NCBI GenBank assembly: GCA_008373095.1
Contig: RQOP01000044.1
Coordinates: 2,379 to 66,378 of the forward strand
Direction of reading: 5' to 3'
Origin: SAR202 cluster bacterium
GTDB taxonomy: Bacteria > Chloroflexota > Dehalococcoidia > Lucifugimonadales > UBA826
DNA: 64,000 bases
Shown: piece by piece, positions 8,604 to 18,026 of the stretch
How positions within the stretch are numbered: the stretch's first letter is position 1
Layout: every line of letters starts with the position of its first letter
Translations under genes and position numbers: made by a program
The notes under the pieces: model-generated
Database searches by the model: none
Told to the model about the DNA's origin: nothing
What the model saw: only the letters and a program-made list of their open reading frames with translations

Positions 8604-9869
8604 ATGACTGCTCCAACGTCACGTTACCATGGTCTGGATGCCTTAAGGGGAATAGCCATGGTCATGGGGATAGTGCTGCATGCAGCTCTTCCCTATATTC
8701 CAGGAATCCCCTCTTCCATTTGGCCTTCTGATAATAGCTCGTCTTATCCAATAAAGGTCATTTTTGAGTTTATACACATGTGGCGAATGCCGGTATTTTT
8801 CATGCTAGCTGGATTTTTCGCTAATTTGATTATTACTCGCAGATCTTTGGAATTTTGGTGGACTAATAGATTTTTACGTGTTGGGTTGCCGATCGCTGTA
8901 TTTTTTCCTGTTATGGGATTTATATTGCCGCCGATTTGGAAATATGGCCAAACTGGTGAATTTACTTTTTTCTATTCAAATGTTGGACAACCATTTCATT
9001 TATGGTTTTTATGGCAGTTGATGATATTTACCCTGTGTTCGATTCTGCTTCGAATCCCCTATAAAGGGTTCGCTATTTTGTCGAAGCAACTAGAAAATCT
9101 CGACTTGGGAATATTAAAGTCAGTATTTCTAAAATTGAGGGGTGTCAGTTCAATAATTGTTTTTAAGGCCAAATTTCCGATCGGATTTATTTTGGTTTGT
9201 GCGGTTACTAATTTTTGGACCGGTGGGGAGTTGATAATAAATCCAATTGGGAGTGGATTGTATTTCCTTTTTGGCTTTAGCTTATATAGTAATCCGTCTT
9301 TGTTTTGTTTTGTAAAGAAAGAATGGAAATATTATTTATTGATTGCGTTTCTCGTTTTCTCAACATATGTAGCGCTTGATATTAAAGGTGTTAAAGACGT
9401 AACAGAGATTATCTATCAAAATGAAGTAAAAGGAATCCAACTACAGAATTTAAACATATTAGTATTGTCTCGATACGCGTTGGAAATCATAGGCACAGTA
9501 CTATTTTCAATAGGGTTTATTGGATTGGCGGAAGCTAAATTTGGTTCGTATAATCCTTTTTCGCGATTCATTTCAGACGGCTCGTATTGGATGTATTTAA
9601 TTCATTTACCAATAGTTGCATTCACGACATTCTTTTTGTTTGACTGGCCTCTCTTACCGGAAATTAAGTTTATTTTGTCCATTGCGTTTACTACTGTGAT
9701 ATGCCTAATAACATATCGATATTTTGTCCGCTCTAGTTTTATAGGAATGTTTTTGAATGGAAAACGACTTCCAAGCTCATATCACAAAAATATTTGTCCT
9801 CAGTGTGGGATGGATACTGGAGATTCTGAACGATTTTGTATCCACTGTGGGATTAAGATGGCCTACTAA
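8604..9869 (+). CDS. Acyltransferase-3 family integral membrane protein with C-terminal zinc ribbon
   Basis: N-terminal GLDALRGIAMVMGIVLHAAL motif, about 10 hydrophobic segments, C-terminal CPQCG...FCIHCG. Confidence 0.65.
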   Translation: MTAPTSRYHGLDALRGIAMVMGIVLHAALPYIPGIPSSIWPSDNSSSYPIKVIFEFIHMWRMPVFFMLAGFFANLIITRRSLEFWWTNRFLRVGLPIAVFFPVMGFILPPIWKYGQTGEFTFFYSNVGQPFHLWFLWQLMIFTLCSILLRIPYKGFAILSKQLENLDLGILKSVFLKLRGVSSIIVFKAKFPIGFILVCAVTNFWTGGELIINPIGSGLYFLFGFSLYSNPSLFCFVKKEWKYYLLIAFLVFSTYVALDIKGVKDVTEIIYQNEVKGIQLQNLNILVLSRYALEIIGTVLFSIGFIGLAEAKFGSYNPFSRFISDGSYWMYLIHLPIVAFTTFFLFDWPLLPEIKFILSIAFTTVICLITYRYFVRSSFIGMFLNGKRLPSSYHKNICPQCGMDTGDSERFCIHCGIKMAY

Positions 9870-9985
9870 CCTCGTTTCCTTCCAACCGTAAAGGATTAAA
9901 AATGTTATTTTTTAAAAAATTTGATAAATTCCTCAAAACAAAGTCAGATATTAGAACTATAGATGCTAATTAGGGAGCAGATTTC

Positions 9986-11197
9986 ATGAAAATAACGAAT
10001 ATAGAGACTCTGATAGTAGATGCCGGGTGGCGACCATGGATGTTTGTAAAGGTTGAAACTGATGAGGGAATAACTGGCTGGGGGGAATGCAGCGACGGAA
10101 AATCTCCGCATGGAATAGAAGGAGTTATTAGAGATCTAAAACCTGTGCTGATTGGAAAAGATCCATGTGCTTTTGAAATGAGATTTCAGGAAATGTACAT
10201 TGGAACTAGAGCGAGCAAGGGAGGTATAGCGGCGAAAGCTTTGGCAGGATTGGACTGTGCGTTTATTGATATTAAAGCGAAATCATTAAATATATCTGTT
10301 GCTGAATTGTTTGGAGGTCCTACTAGAGAAAAAGTCCGGGTTTATTGGTCGCATTGTGGCTCTAGCAGAATTAGGCATTCAGATATATTGGGAACACCAC
10401 CTATTGAAACTTGGGAGGATGTCACTAGGTTGGGGAAGGAAGTTAAGAGTCGGGGATTTACTGCTCTCAAGACCAATGTTTTACTCCCAGGACAAAATGC
10501 GACTTTTGGAGGAGGTTCTTTTGGTGGTTCTGGAACCACAGATCAAATAGCGCCTAAATGGCTGATGCCCCATATCGAAACCCTGATTGGAACTTTCAGA
10601 GATGCGGTGGGTGATGATATAGATATTAATTTGGACTTAAATTTCCACTTTAAGACTGAGGCGTGTTTGAGAATTGCCAAGGTTTTAGAAAAATTTGATA
10701 TGTTGTGGCTAGAAATTGATATGTACGACCCTTTGAGCTTAAGGCAGATCAAAGATTCCACAGATACGCGTATTTGCACAGGGGAGAATCTTTTTTATAT
10801 GAGTGATTATTTGCCCTATTTCGAAAATCATTCAGCTGATATGTTTATGATTGATGTTCCCTGGAACGGCTTCAGCCAGTCGAAGAAGGTCGGCGATCTC
10901 GCCGAAGTTTTCCAGCACAACGTAGCGCCACATAATTATTACAGCCATCTCTCTACGTTTGTAAGTGCTTCTTTATGTGCCTCACTGCCTAATGTTCGAA
11001 TAATGGAGATTGATATTGATGATGTTCCATGGAAAGATGATCTGACGACGGAGAAACCTGAATTAATTGATGGATACATGACGGTACCTAACAGGCCGGG
11101 TTGGGGAGCTGATATTAATGAAGAAGTTGCCAGAGCTCATCCATGGGATGAAAGCAAGATCATGTCTGTGCAATCTACAGGCTATAAAGTGATTTAA
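9986..11197 (+). CDS. Enolase-superfamily enzyme (mandelate racemase / galactonate dehydratase-like)
   Basis: 403 aa. The N-terminus MKITNIETLIVDAGWRPWMFVKVETDEGITGWGE is typical of the acid-sugar dehydratase subgroup. Substrate unknown. Confidence 0.8.
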   Translation: MKITNIETLIVDAGWRPWMFVKVETDEGITGWGECSDGKSPHGIEGVIRDLKPVLIGKDPCAFEMRFQEMYIGTRASKGGIAAKALAGLDCAFIDIKAKSLNISVAELFGGPTREKVRVYWSHCGSSRIRHSDILGTPPIETWEDVTRLGKEVKSRGFTALKTNVLLPGQNATFGGGSFGGSGTTDQIAPKWLMPHIETLIGTFRDAVGDDIDINLDLNFHFKTEACLRIAKVLEKFDMLWLEIDMYDPLSLRQIKDSTDTRICTGENLFYMSDYLPYFENHSADMFMIDVPWNGFSQSKKVGDLAEVFQHNVAPHNYYSHLSTFVSASLCASLPNVRIMEIDIDDVPWKDDLTTEKPELIDGYMTVPNRPGWGADINEEVARAHPWDESKIMSVQSTGYKVI

Positions 11198-11363
11198 ATA
11201 CTTGGATTATGCTTCAAAATTTGGGTCGATTTCATGCTTAGATTTGAAAAAATGTAGAGATGCGCTTCTTAAAGAGTTGCGTATTGTGGTAAAATTCGTT
11301 ACTTATGTTAGTTTGGGTGGGTAATTTAGCTCATCCTTTAGTTTAGAAGCAGGAAGAGAAGAA

Positions 11364-11615
11364 GTGAACATTTACGTTGGAAATATCTCGTATGGTACAA
11401 GCGAGGATGATTTAAGAGATTTATTCGCTAGGTACGGCGAGGTTAGTGCAGTCCGTGTTATAACAGACAGGGACACAGGTAGATCCAAAGGATTTGGATT
11501 CGTGGAAATGACCGATGATGAGCAAGCTAAGGAAGCTATAGCAGCCTTAGATAGCAATGACTTCATGGGTCGCGATCTTAGAGTTAATGAGGCGCGTCCT
11601 AGAGAGCCCAGATAG
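11364..11615 (+). CDS. RRM-type RNA-binding protein
   Basis: 83 aa. RNP-2 (IYVGNI) and RNP-1 (KGFGFVEM) motifs. GTG start. Confidence 0.85.
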   Translation: MNIYVGNISYGTSEDDLRDLFARYGEVSAVRVITDRDTGRSKGFGFVEMTDDEQAKEAIAALDSNDFMGRDLRVNEARPREPR

Positions 11616-11627
11616 GTTTTGTAACAA

Positions 11628-11660
11628 GGGAAGTCTCCCGTAGAACGGGGGCTTTCCTTT
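11628..11660 (+). terminator. Candidate intrinsic terminator after the RRM gene
   Basis: Imperfect hairpin GGGAAGUCUCCCG-UAGAA-CGGGGGCUUUCC followed by UUU, read by eye. The U-tract is short. Confidence 0.4.
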
Positions 11661-11751
11661 GACCAACATTCCCCACTCGATTACGAATTCCCCGTAAGGC
11701 TATTACCCTTTTTTAGGGAGATGGCTTCTGTAAAGTTATATTATTCAGGAG

Positions 11752-12816
11752 ATGTATAAGCAAATGAATGATGTTGATACCTCAGGCCTAAAAACGATTG
11801 GAACGGATCCATATGTTGGGGAGACACCACAAAATGCGTTAGGTAGCTGGTTGACTCCGAATTCCTTATTTTATGTGCGATCTCAGTTTGATTATCCAGA
11901 GATAGATGAAAATACGTGGGAATTAAAGGTAGCCTCATCTCTAGGAGATGAAATGGCTCTTAGTCTTGGTGATATAAAACAATTGCCCAAACACACAGTG
12001 ACGGTTACCTTGGAGTGTGCTGGTAATAACAGGGGTGATTTGAACCCTCCTGCCCCAGGGAATCAATTTAACAATGGTGCGGTTAGCAATGCTGTTTGGT
12101 CAGGAACTTCGTTAAAGTCTCTTTTGTCAAAAATAAATCTTGGTCAAGATGTTGTAGAAATACTATTCGAAGGTGCTGATGTTGGGTCGCCGGCAGCCGA
12201 TAAAAATGCTGAGCCTTACCTGCGAAGCTTGCCATTGGACTTAGCCCTACATGAAGACACTCTCCTAGCCTACGAAATGAATGGAGAAACTCTTCCTCTT
12301 GAGCATGGATACCCGATTCGCTTAATCATTCCTGGTTGGTATGGTATGGCCCATGTGAAGTGGGTTAATAAAATTTCAGCTATAACAACGCCATTTTCTG
12401 GATATTTCCAAGGTGAAAAATATGTGCTGAAGTATGAAGATGGTACTGAAAGACCAGTCCAAGAAATTCAAGTTAAATCTGCTATAACTTCACCAAGTGA
12501 CAACGCATCTTTGAAATGTTGTGAAACCTACAATGTTAGTGGTCAAGCTTGGGCTGGCAGGAACCAAATAAAGAAGGTAGAAGTTTCTGTAGATGGCGGA
12601 GAAATGTGGAATTCAGCACAGTTAATAGGCCCTTCAGAAAACTATGCCTGGCAGCAATGGACTTACACCTGGACACCAGATTCCTTAGGAGAGCATACTC
12701 TCCTATCAAGAGCAACAGATAGCAAGGGAAATGAACAACCTTTGGAATCTCGCTGGAATGAATTAGGCTATGCAGTCAATGGCTCAAAACCGGTGAAGGT
12801 GGTGGTATCTAGTTAA
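11752..12816 (+). CDS. Sulfite-oxidase-family molybdopterin oxidoreductase
   Basis: 354 aa. LECAGNNRG (Mo-ligand Cys region), GAVSNAVWSG, YPIRLIIPGWYGMAHVKWV, C-terminal Ig-like dimerisation region. No obvious signal peptide or haem domain. Confidence 0.8.
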   Translation: MYKQMNDVDTSGLKTIGTDPYVGETPQNALGSWLTPNSLFYVRSQFDYPEIDENTWELKVASSLGDEMALSLGDIKQLPKHTVTVTLECAGNNRGDLNPPAPGNQFNNGAVSNAVWSGTSLKSLLSKINLGQDVVEILFEGADVGSPAADKNAEPYLRSLPLDLALHEDTLLAYEMNGETLPLEHGYPIRLIIPGWYGMAHVKWVNKISAITTPFSGYFQGEKYVLKYEDGTERPVQEIQVKSAITSPSDNASLKCCETYNVSGQAWAGRNQIKKVEVSVDGGEMWNSAQLIGPSENYAWQQWTYTWTPDSLGEHTLLSRATDSKGNEQPLESRWNELGYAVNGSKPVKVVVSS

Positions 12817-12842
12817 AGGGTAAACTGCTTGCTTTTGGGGGT

Positions 12843-13415
12843 GTGAGATTGTCCTGGATAGAAGAAGATCCTAAGTATTCTGATATTGCGAACGTCATTA
12901 AATGCATGTCCATTAATGAAGAGGCTATGCATGCAGTATGGGACATGGGGCATAAAATCAGCTTCGGCTCTTCAGCGTTAACGAGAGCGCAAGAAGAAGT
13001 AATAGCTACGGTTGTTTCTTCTATTAATCATTGTAAGTATTGAACAGTATCTCACGGAGAGTATCTTCGTCAGGCTACGGAAGATCCCGAAATGGCATCT
13101 ATCGTGATGCAAGATTACGGGAATGCATCCTTAGATGATGAGACGCTTGCGATCGTCGAATACGTGGAAAAATTGACGAAAGATCCTTCAGAAATGACAG
13201 AAGAGGACATTGAAACTCTTAGAAATGTTGGATTATCAGATCGCCAAATTCTGTCTGTCGTTATGATAACGGCTATGTTTGCCTTCATGAATAGATTGGC
13301 AGACGGATTGGGAGTGCAAATAGAAGATGGAAAAGGCAGTTTTGTTAATTCCTGGCTTCAAACTTCCCAAGGGACATCATCTTGGTTACACCACCAACCA
13401 CAAGAGAGGATCTAA
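12843..13415 (+). CDS. Candidate selenoprotein: AhpD/carboxymuconolactone-decarboxylase-like peroxidase-related protein with C-x-x-U motif (Sec at TGA 13041-13043)
   Basis: Track ORFs 12843..13043 and 13092..13415 are in the same frame. Read-through gives ...LTRAQEEVIATVVSSINHCKY-U-TVSHGEYLRQA..., matching the family pattern S..N.C.YC...H with U at the second Cys. The combined 190 aa is a normal family length. Confidence 0.7.
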
Positions 13416-13419
13416 TTAT

Positions 13420-13614
13420 TTAGATTTGAATTGTGGCAGGATCAACTTTTTTTGACCGTATCCACTCATCAATATCGGATCTAAAAAATCTCCACTGGTG
13501 GCCCACTCTGTTTGCGGGTATATCACCAGATTTTAGCAACTTGTAGATAGTCATTCTATCTAGTTGCAAGTATTCTGCTAATTCTTTTGTAGTCATCAGA
13601 TCATTGTTTACCAC
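13420..13614 (-). CDS. Small helix-turn-helix DNA-binding protein (excisionase/MerR-like HTH)
   Basis: 64 aa. TTKELAEYLQLDRMTIYKLLKSGDIPANRVGHQWRFFRSDIDEWI is the excisionase-family HTH pattern. No integrase nearby. Confidence 0.7.
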   Translation of the reverse strand: MVNNDLMTTKELAEYLQLDRMTIYKLLKSGDIPANRVGHQWRFFRSDIDEWIRSKKVDPATIQI

Positions 13615-13752
13615 TGCTACAACCCCTCATAGTATTTTACAGCTATTGTATTAAACCAATATGACATAATTATTCATTGTTATTGTACGTAATTAACCTA
13701 ATTATGATAAGAATAATCAATGTGGTCTGTCAATCCGTTTGGGAATCATGAA

Positions 13753-15273
13753 TCATGATTCTAGAATAGAAGATCTTGGGGTAGTCAGGTGTGCGACTGA
13801 AGATAGAAATTGAAGGCCTGCCATCAAAATAAAAACAGAACGCATGCCTGTTATAAAGGCTTGTAATATTGGACTTCCGTCTCCACCTGTCATAACCTCT
13901 TCCACGTTTGAAGAAAATCCTGAGGCAATCATTGTTCCGCTAACAATCGCAGTTGCTATTGCAATGCCCGTGACGTTGCCTGAATTTCTGGATAGATTGA
14001 CTAATGCGGATGTGACCCCGTACCTGTTTCCGCTTGCAGAAGAAAATATTGCAGCACTATTAGGTGACATAAACATTCCCGATCCAGAACTCATAACCAC
14101 TATAGACAAAATGACATACCAAATTGGGGTGCTATCAGCCATAAAGGCCATAAGCAGTAAGCCGCATCCTGCTAATAACAAACCGAAAGTAGTAAAGGGC
14201 TTAGTGCCAAATTTGTCTGACAGATTACCCGTTAATGGACCTAAGATTATTCGACTTATTGCATTTGGAACCAGTATCCAAGAAATCTGAGCAGGAGTTA
14301 AACGCAAAGCGGCTTGTAGATAGAAAGTTATAAGAAAACGGAAAGATGTAACCCCTAAAAAGGAAAGATAGTTTGATCCTACTCCAACTGAAAATAAGCG
14401 ACTGCGAAATAAAGACAGATCGAGCATGGGTGATGATGTTTTTGACTCCCACCAGATAAAAGCAATCACCAGTGCGCCAAAAATTAGAAATCCTCCAACT
14501 ATCGGTGCAGAAGTCCAGCCAAGACCAGCTCCATTTGATAATGTTAGAAGGAATACCAATAGAGTTGAAGAAGATAAACCTGCCCCCAGCCAGTCGTAAC
14601 TTTTATCTTTTTGGTCAGCCCCAGTAAATCGGGACGGGTCGAGTAAAAGTAAAGTAAATAAGAAAGTGACCGTACATAACGGTAAATTAATCCAAAATAT
14701 CCAGTGCCAGCTTAGATATGTGACCAGAATACCGCCCAATATTGGCCCGATTATGCCACCTGTGCCAATTATACTTCCGTGAGCCCCCAAGCCCTTGCCT
14801 CGTTCGTCAGAAGGGAAGGTAGATGTCACCATTGCCATTCCATTGGCTTGGGTTAAAGCTGCACCGATGCCTTGGAAAACGCGGAAAGGAATCATCAAGA
14901 TAATTGGATGAGAGAAGCCAAAATAATTCGCAATCCAGGGAGAGCTACCTGAGAACAATGCCATGAGGCCAAAAAGAACAACACCTGTCAGATACATGGG
15001 TTTCCTTCCAATGATGTCTGATAGGCGTCCCATGGGTAATAGCATTGCACTGATAGTTAATGACTCTGCCAAAACTACCCATTGAATGGTGGTCAGCGAA
15101 ACATCGAATTCTCTGGCAATTGTAGGCAATGCGATGCTAATGCTACCGTGGTGAATTACGTTGGTAAGAGAACCTAAACCAATAGCTGCGAATACGAGCC
15201 ATTTGTAGTTGTGAGAAGAATATACGCTTTTGAGCATAACGAATATTGTACTCTCAGATAAACTTGCACGCAT
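13753..15273 (-). CDS. MFS transporter, DHA2 (14-TMS drug:H+ antiporter-like)
   Basis: 506 aa, many TM segments. MGRLSDIIGRKP loop 2-3 motif and FRVFQGIGAA motif. Confidence 0.85.
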   Translation of the reverse strand: MRASLSESTIFVMLKSVYSSHNYKWLVFAAIGLGSLTNVIHHGSISIALPTIAREFDVSLTTIQWVVLAESLTISAMLLPMGRLSDIIGRKPMYLTGVVLFGLMALFSGSSPWIANYFGFSHPIILMIPFRVFQGIGAALTQANGMAMVTSTFPSDERGKGLGAHGSIIGTGGIIGPILGGILVTYLSWHWIFWINLPLCTVTFLFTLLLLDPSRFTGADQKDKSYDWLGAGLSSSTLLVFLLTLSNGAGLGWTSAPIVGGFLIFGALVIAFIWWESKTSSPMLDLSLFRSRLFSVGVGSNYLSFLGVTSFRFLITFYLQAALRLTPAQISWILVPNAISRIILGPLTGNLSDKFGTKPFTTFGLLLAGCGLLLMAFMADSTPIWYVILSIVVMSSGSGMFMSPNSAAIFSSASGNRYGVTSALVNLSRNSGNVTGIAIATAIVSGTMIASGFSSNVEEVMTGGDGSPILQAFITGMRSVFILMAGLQFLSSVAHLTTPRSSILES

Positions 15274-15318
15274 TTTTAAGTATATACTTCGATTCAGTCA
15301 AATAAGGAGTCAATATAT

Positions 15319-17040
15319 ATGTTAACTACACCGATTACCGGAACCCCATCTGAAGTTCTAGTTGAACAGCTCGTTGCGTCTGGAATTAAGTATGTTTTTT
15401 ACAATTCAGGATCTCGAGAGGCTTTATTTTTTGACGCTTTGAACAACAATCCAAATATAGATGGCATTTTAGCTTTGCATGAAGGTAGCGTGGCATCCAT
15501 GGCAGGCGCATACACCCAGGTGAACAGTGAACCAGCTGTAATGGTTGTTCACTTAGGTGCTGGCTTGGCTCAATGTATGGGGCAGTTATACAACATTTGG
15601 TTTGGTGGATTACCAGTGGTTGTTATTACCTTTGCGGGAGACACAGGCAGCTTTACAGATAGAATTAATTTGGATTTAGATTCAAGCTTTAGCCCAGCTT
15701 CAATTTCAGTACCGATGGCAAAAGAAACTTGGACTGTAATCGAACCAGAAGGTCTTCCTGCTGCTGTGGATCGCGCGTTAAGGGTAGCCACTACACCACC
15801 CTTTGGGCCCGTGCATCTTGCTGTCTATGACAAGATGCTTGAAAACCAGCAAGTGTCAACAGAAATAATTCATGGTGGCGCAAAGAGCATAAAGGCTGGA
15901 AATGCTTCTGATGAAGATTTAGGAAAAATATTAGATGCTCTAGACAAAGCCGATAAGCCTCTTTTGTATGTTGGAGATGGTGTCTGGAAAAGTGGTGCGG
16001 ATAAATTGGCTGCGGAATTGGCGACTCACTTTGGAGTAGTAGTGGCATCACCTGAAACGGACCTTAGAGGAATTTCACTAAAACATCCCTTGCATATGGG
16101 TATGTCAAATACAGCATTTGATTCATATGAACCAGATGTTATCGTCTCTCTCGGCGTACGACACCAGGGTTCGGGGAAAAAAGAAGATAATGATCCGTTT
16201 AGAAAAACCAAGCAAATCATTGCTTTGGGTTCTGGATTGGAATATCTGAAAAATTATCCAGGACTAGAAGTTGGGATCATTGCAAATGAAAAAGATGCTA
16301 TATCTCGCATGCTTGAAATCGCAAATAGTGATTACGTGTCGGAAAAATATTCTGAAAGAAGACAAGTTTCCTTGAACCTTGTTAATAAAGAACGAACTAA
16401 GCTAAGAGATTCGTTGATGCCTTCATATGAAAAGGGTCGAGTTCGGCCAACTAAGCTTGTTGATGCAATAGACAGTGAGTTAGAAAGAATTGGTGGAGGA
16501 TACATTGCCAACGAGCAATTTGCTGCACGTTATGATGCTGTTAGTCCGGGATTATCAGATCAAAACAACATTTTAATGAAAGGGGCTGGTGGTTCCGAAG
16601 GATGGGGAGTTGGAGCAGGCATAGGTGCAAAATTGGCTGCGGGAGATGCGCCCGTTATTGGATTAGTTGGTGATGGTTCTTTGTACTACGCAGATTCAGG
16701 TCTATGGACAGCAGTGCACCACAATATACCCCTTCTTTATGTAATACCAAATAATGGTGCATATGGAATTGTAGCTGGGTTTTTTGGACAAAGCGGTGGG
16801 AGGATGTCGGATACTGGTAATTATCAGGGTGTGGTATTGGACGGCATAGACCCAGTTAAGATTGCTGATGCTTTTGGAATGGATGGTGAAAGAGTGGATG
16901 ATGAAGAAAAACTCAATGAGAGTATTCAGAGGGGCTTAGAAATAGTTACCAAGCAAAACAGACCTTATTTGCTGGATGTTCGACTTCCCATTGGATTGCC
17001 TGAGGGGGGAGTTGCGGACCAACAATACAGGTTGAAATAA
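15319..17040 (+). CDS. Thiamine-diphosphate-dependent enzyme (acetolactate synthase / benzoylformate decarboxylase family)
   Basis: 573 aa. Three-domain layout with the TPP motif GDGSLYY...NNGAYG near the C-terminus. Substrate not assignable. Confidence 0.8.
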   Translation: MLTTPITGTPSEVLVEQLVASGIKYVFYNSGSREALFFDALNNNPNIDGILALHEGSVASMAGAYTQVNSEPAVMVVHLGAGLAQCMGQLYNIWFGGLPVVVITFAGDTGSFTDRINLDLDSSFSPASISVPMAKETWTVIEPEGLPAAVDRALRVATTPPFGPVHLAVYDKMLENQQVSTEIIHGGAKSIKAGNASDEDLGKILDALDKADKPLLYVGDGVWKSGADKLAAELATHFGVVVASPETDLRGISLKHPLHMGMSNTAFDSYEPDVIVSLGVRHQGSGKKEDNDPFRKTKQIIALGSGLEYLKNYPGLEVGIIANEKDAISRMLEIANSDYVSEKYSERRQVSLNLVNKERTKLRDSLMPSYEKGRVRPTKLVDAIDSELERIGGGYIANEQFAARYDAVSPGLSDQNNILMKGAGGSEGWGVGAGIGAKLAAGDAPVIGLVGDGSLYYADSGLWTAVHHNIPLLYVIPNNGAYGIVAGFFGQSGGRMSDTGNYQGVVLDGIDPVKIADAFGMDGERVDDEEKLNESIQRGLEIVTKQNRPYLLDVRLPIGLPEGGVADQQYRLK

Positions 17041-17075
17041 AAAAGGCCCTGCAATCAAATGCGGGGCCTTTTTTA
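17041..17075. terminator. Bidirectional intrinsic terminator between convergent genes
   Basis: AAAA-GGCCCUGC-AAUCAAAU-GCGGGGCC-UUUUUU: an 8-bp GC-rich stem (one G-U pair) flanked by an A-tract and a T-tract. Lies between stop 17040 (+) and stop 17095 (-). Confidence 0.7.
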
Positions 17076-17094
17076 TTAATACTAATAAGGTTGT

Positions 17095-18012
17095 TTATGT
17101 ACCTCTTAATCTTGGATCTAGGGCGTCTCTTAAGCCATCTCCAAACAAATTGAACCCATAAACGGCTAAAGACAAACCGACTCCAGGCCAAATAGCCATC
17201 CATGGAGCTAATATAAAGTAGTCTCTTGCTGCTCCTGAGAGCATTCCACCCCATGATGGTCTTGGTGGTGGAACACCAAGGCCTAGATAGCTTAGAGATG
17301 CTTCAGTGAGAATAGCAATTCCTAATGCGCTTGTTGCTATGATTAGGAATGGAGCGACACACTGCGGAGTGATGTGCTGTGCCATTATCCGAAGATTATT
17401 TGCACCAATGGCCCTGGCTGCGTCTACGTATTGCGACTCTTTGACGGTCAATGCTTGAGATCTTACAACTCGATTGGCTCTAGGGATTTGAACAATACCT
17501 ACAGCTACTATTATGTTCGTAATTGTCTGTCCTAAAGCTGCGGTGACAGCTAGAGCGAGGATCAAAGTTGGAATGGACATCAAGGCGTCCATAGCTCGCT
17601 GGATTACTTGGTCAGTTTTTCCACCAAACCAAGCACTTATTATTCCTAACACTCCACCTAACCCAGAGCCAAAGGCTACAGAGAGAAACCCTACCATAAG
17701 GGATACTTGTGCACCGACGGCCATCTGCGCCCATATATCTCTACCCTTATCATCTGTGCCCATAATGAATGCTCTGAAAGGTTCCTTGTCACTTACAGAA
17801 AATGGACTTGCCAGTTTGTCACGTAGTCGCCATTCAATAGGGTCGTACCAGGTAACAATGTCGGCAGCGGCAGCGATTATGCACATAAAAATGATAATAA
17901 TTAGTCCGGCTGCTGCTAACGGCTGTCTTTTCGTAAAGGTAATAGATGCTGACAGCATTCTAACCGCTAGCGGCGGCGTAGTTTCTGTTCTTTCAACTAA
18001 TTCGCTTGACAT
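17095..18012 (-). CDS. ABC transporter permease (DppC/OppC-like)
   Basis: 305 aa, 6 TM segments. EAA-like loop YVDAARAIGANNLRIMAQHITP. Confidence 0.85.
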   Translation of the reverse strand: MSSELVERTETTPPLAVRMLSASITFTKRQPLAAAGLIIIIFMCIIAAAADIVTWYDPIEWRLRDKLASPFSVSDKEPFRAFIMGTDDKGRDIWAQMAVGAQVSLMVGFLSVAFGSGLGGVLGIISAWFGGKTDQVIQRAMDALMSIPTLILALAVTAALGQTITNIIVAVGIVQIPRANRVVRSQALTVKESQYVDAARAIGANNLRIMAQHITPQCVAPFLIIATSALGIAILTEASLSYLGLGVPPPRPSWGGMLSGAARDYFILAPWMAIWPGVGLSLAVYGFNLFGDGLRDALDPRLRGT

Positions 18013-18026
18013 CGGATTCCTTGTTT

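Noticed and set aside
11616-11751. Moco riboswitch upstream of the sulfite-oxidase-family gene (and upstream of moaA)
   Set aside because: I saw no conserved Moco-motif core in 11616-11751. moaA starts 2 nt after rdgB, leaving no room for a leader.
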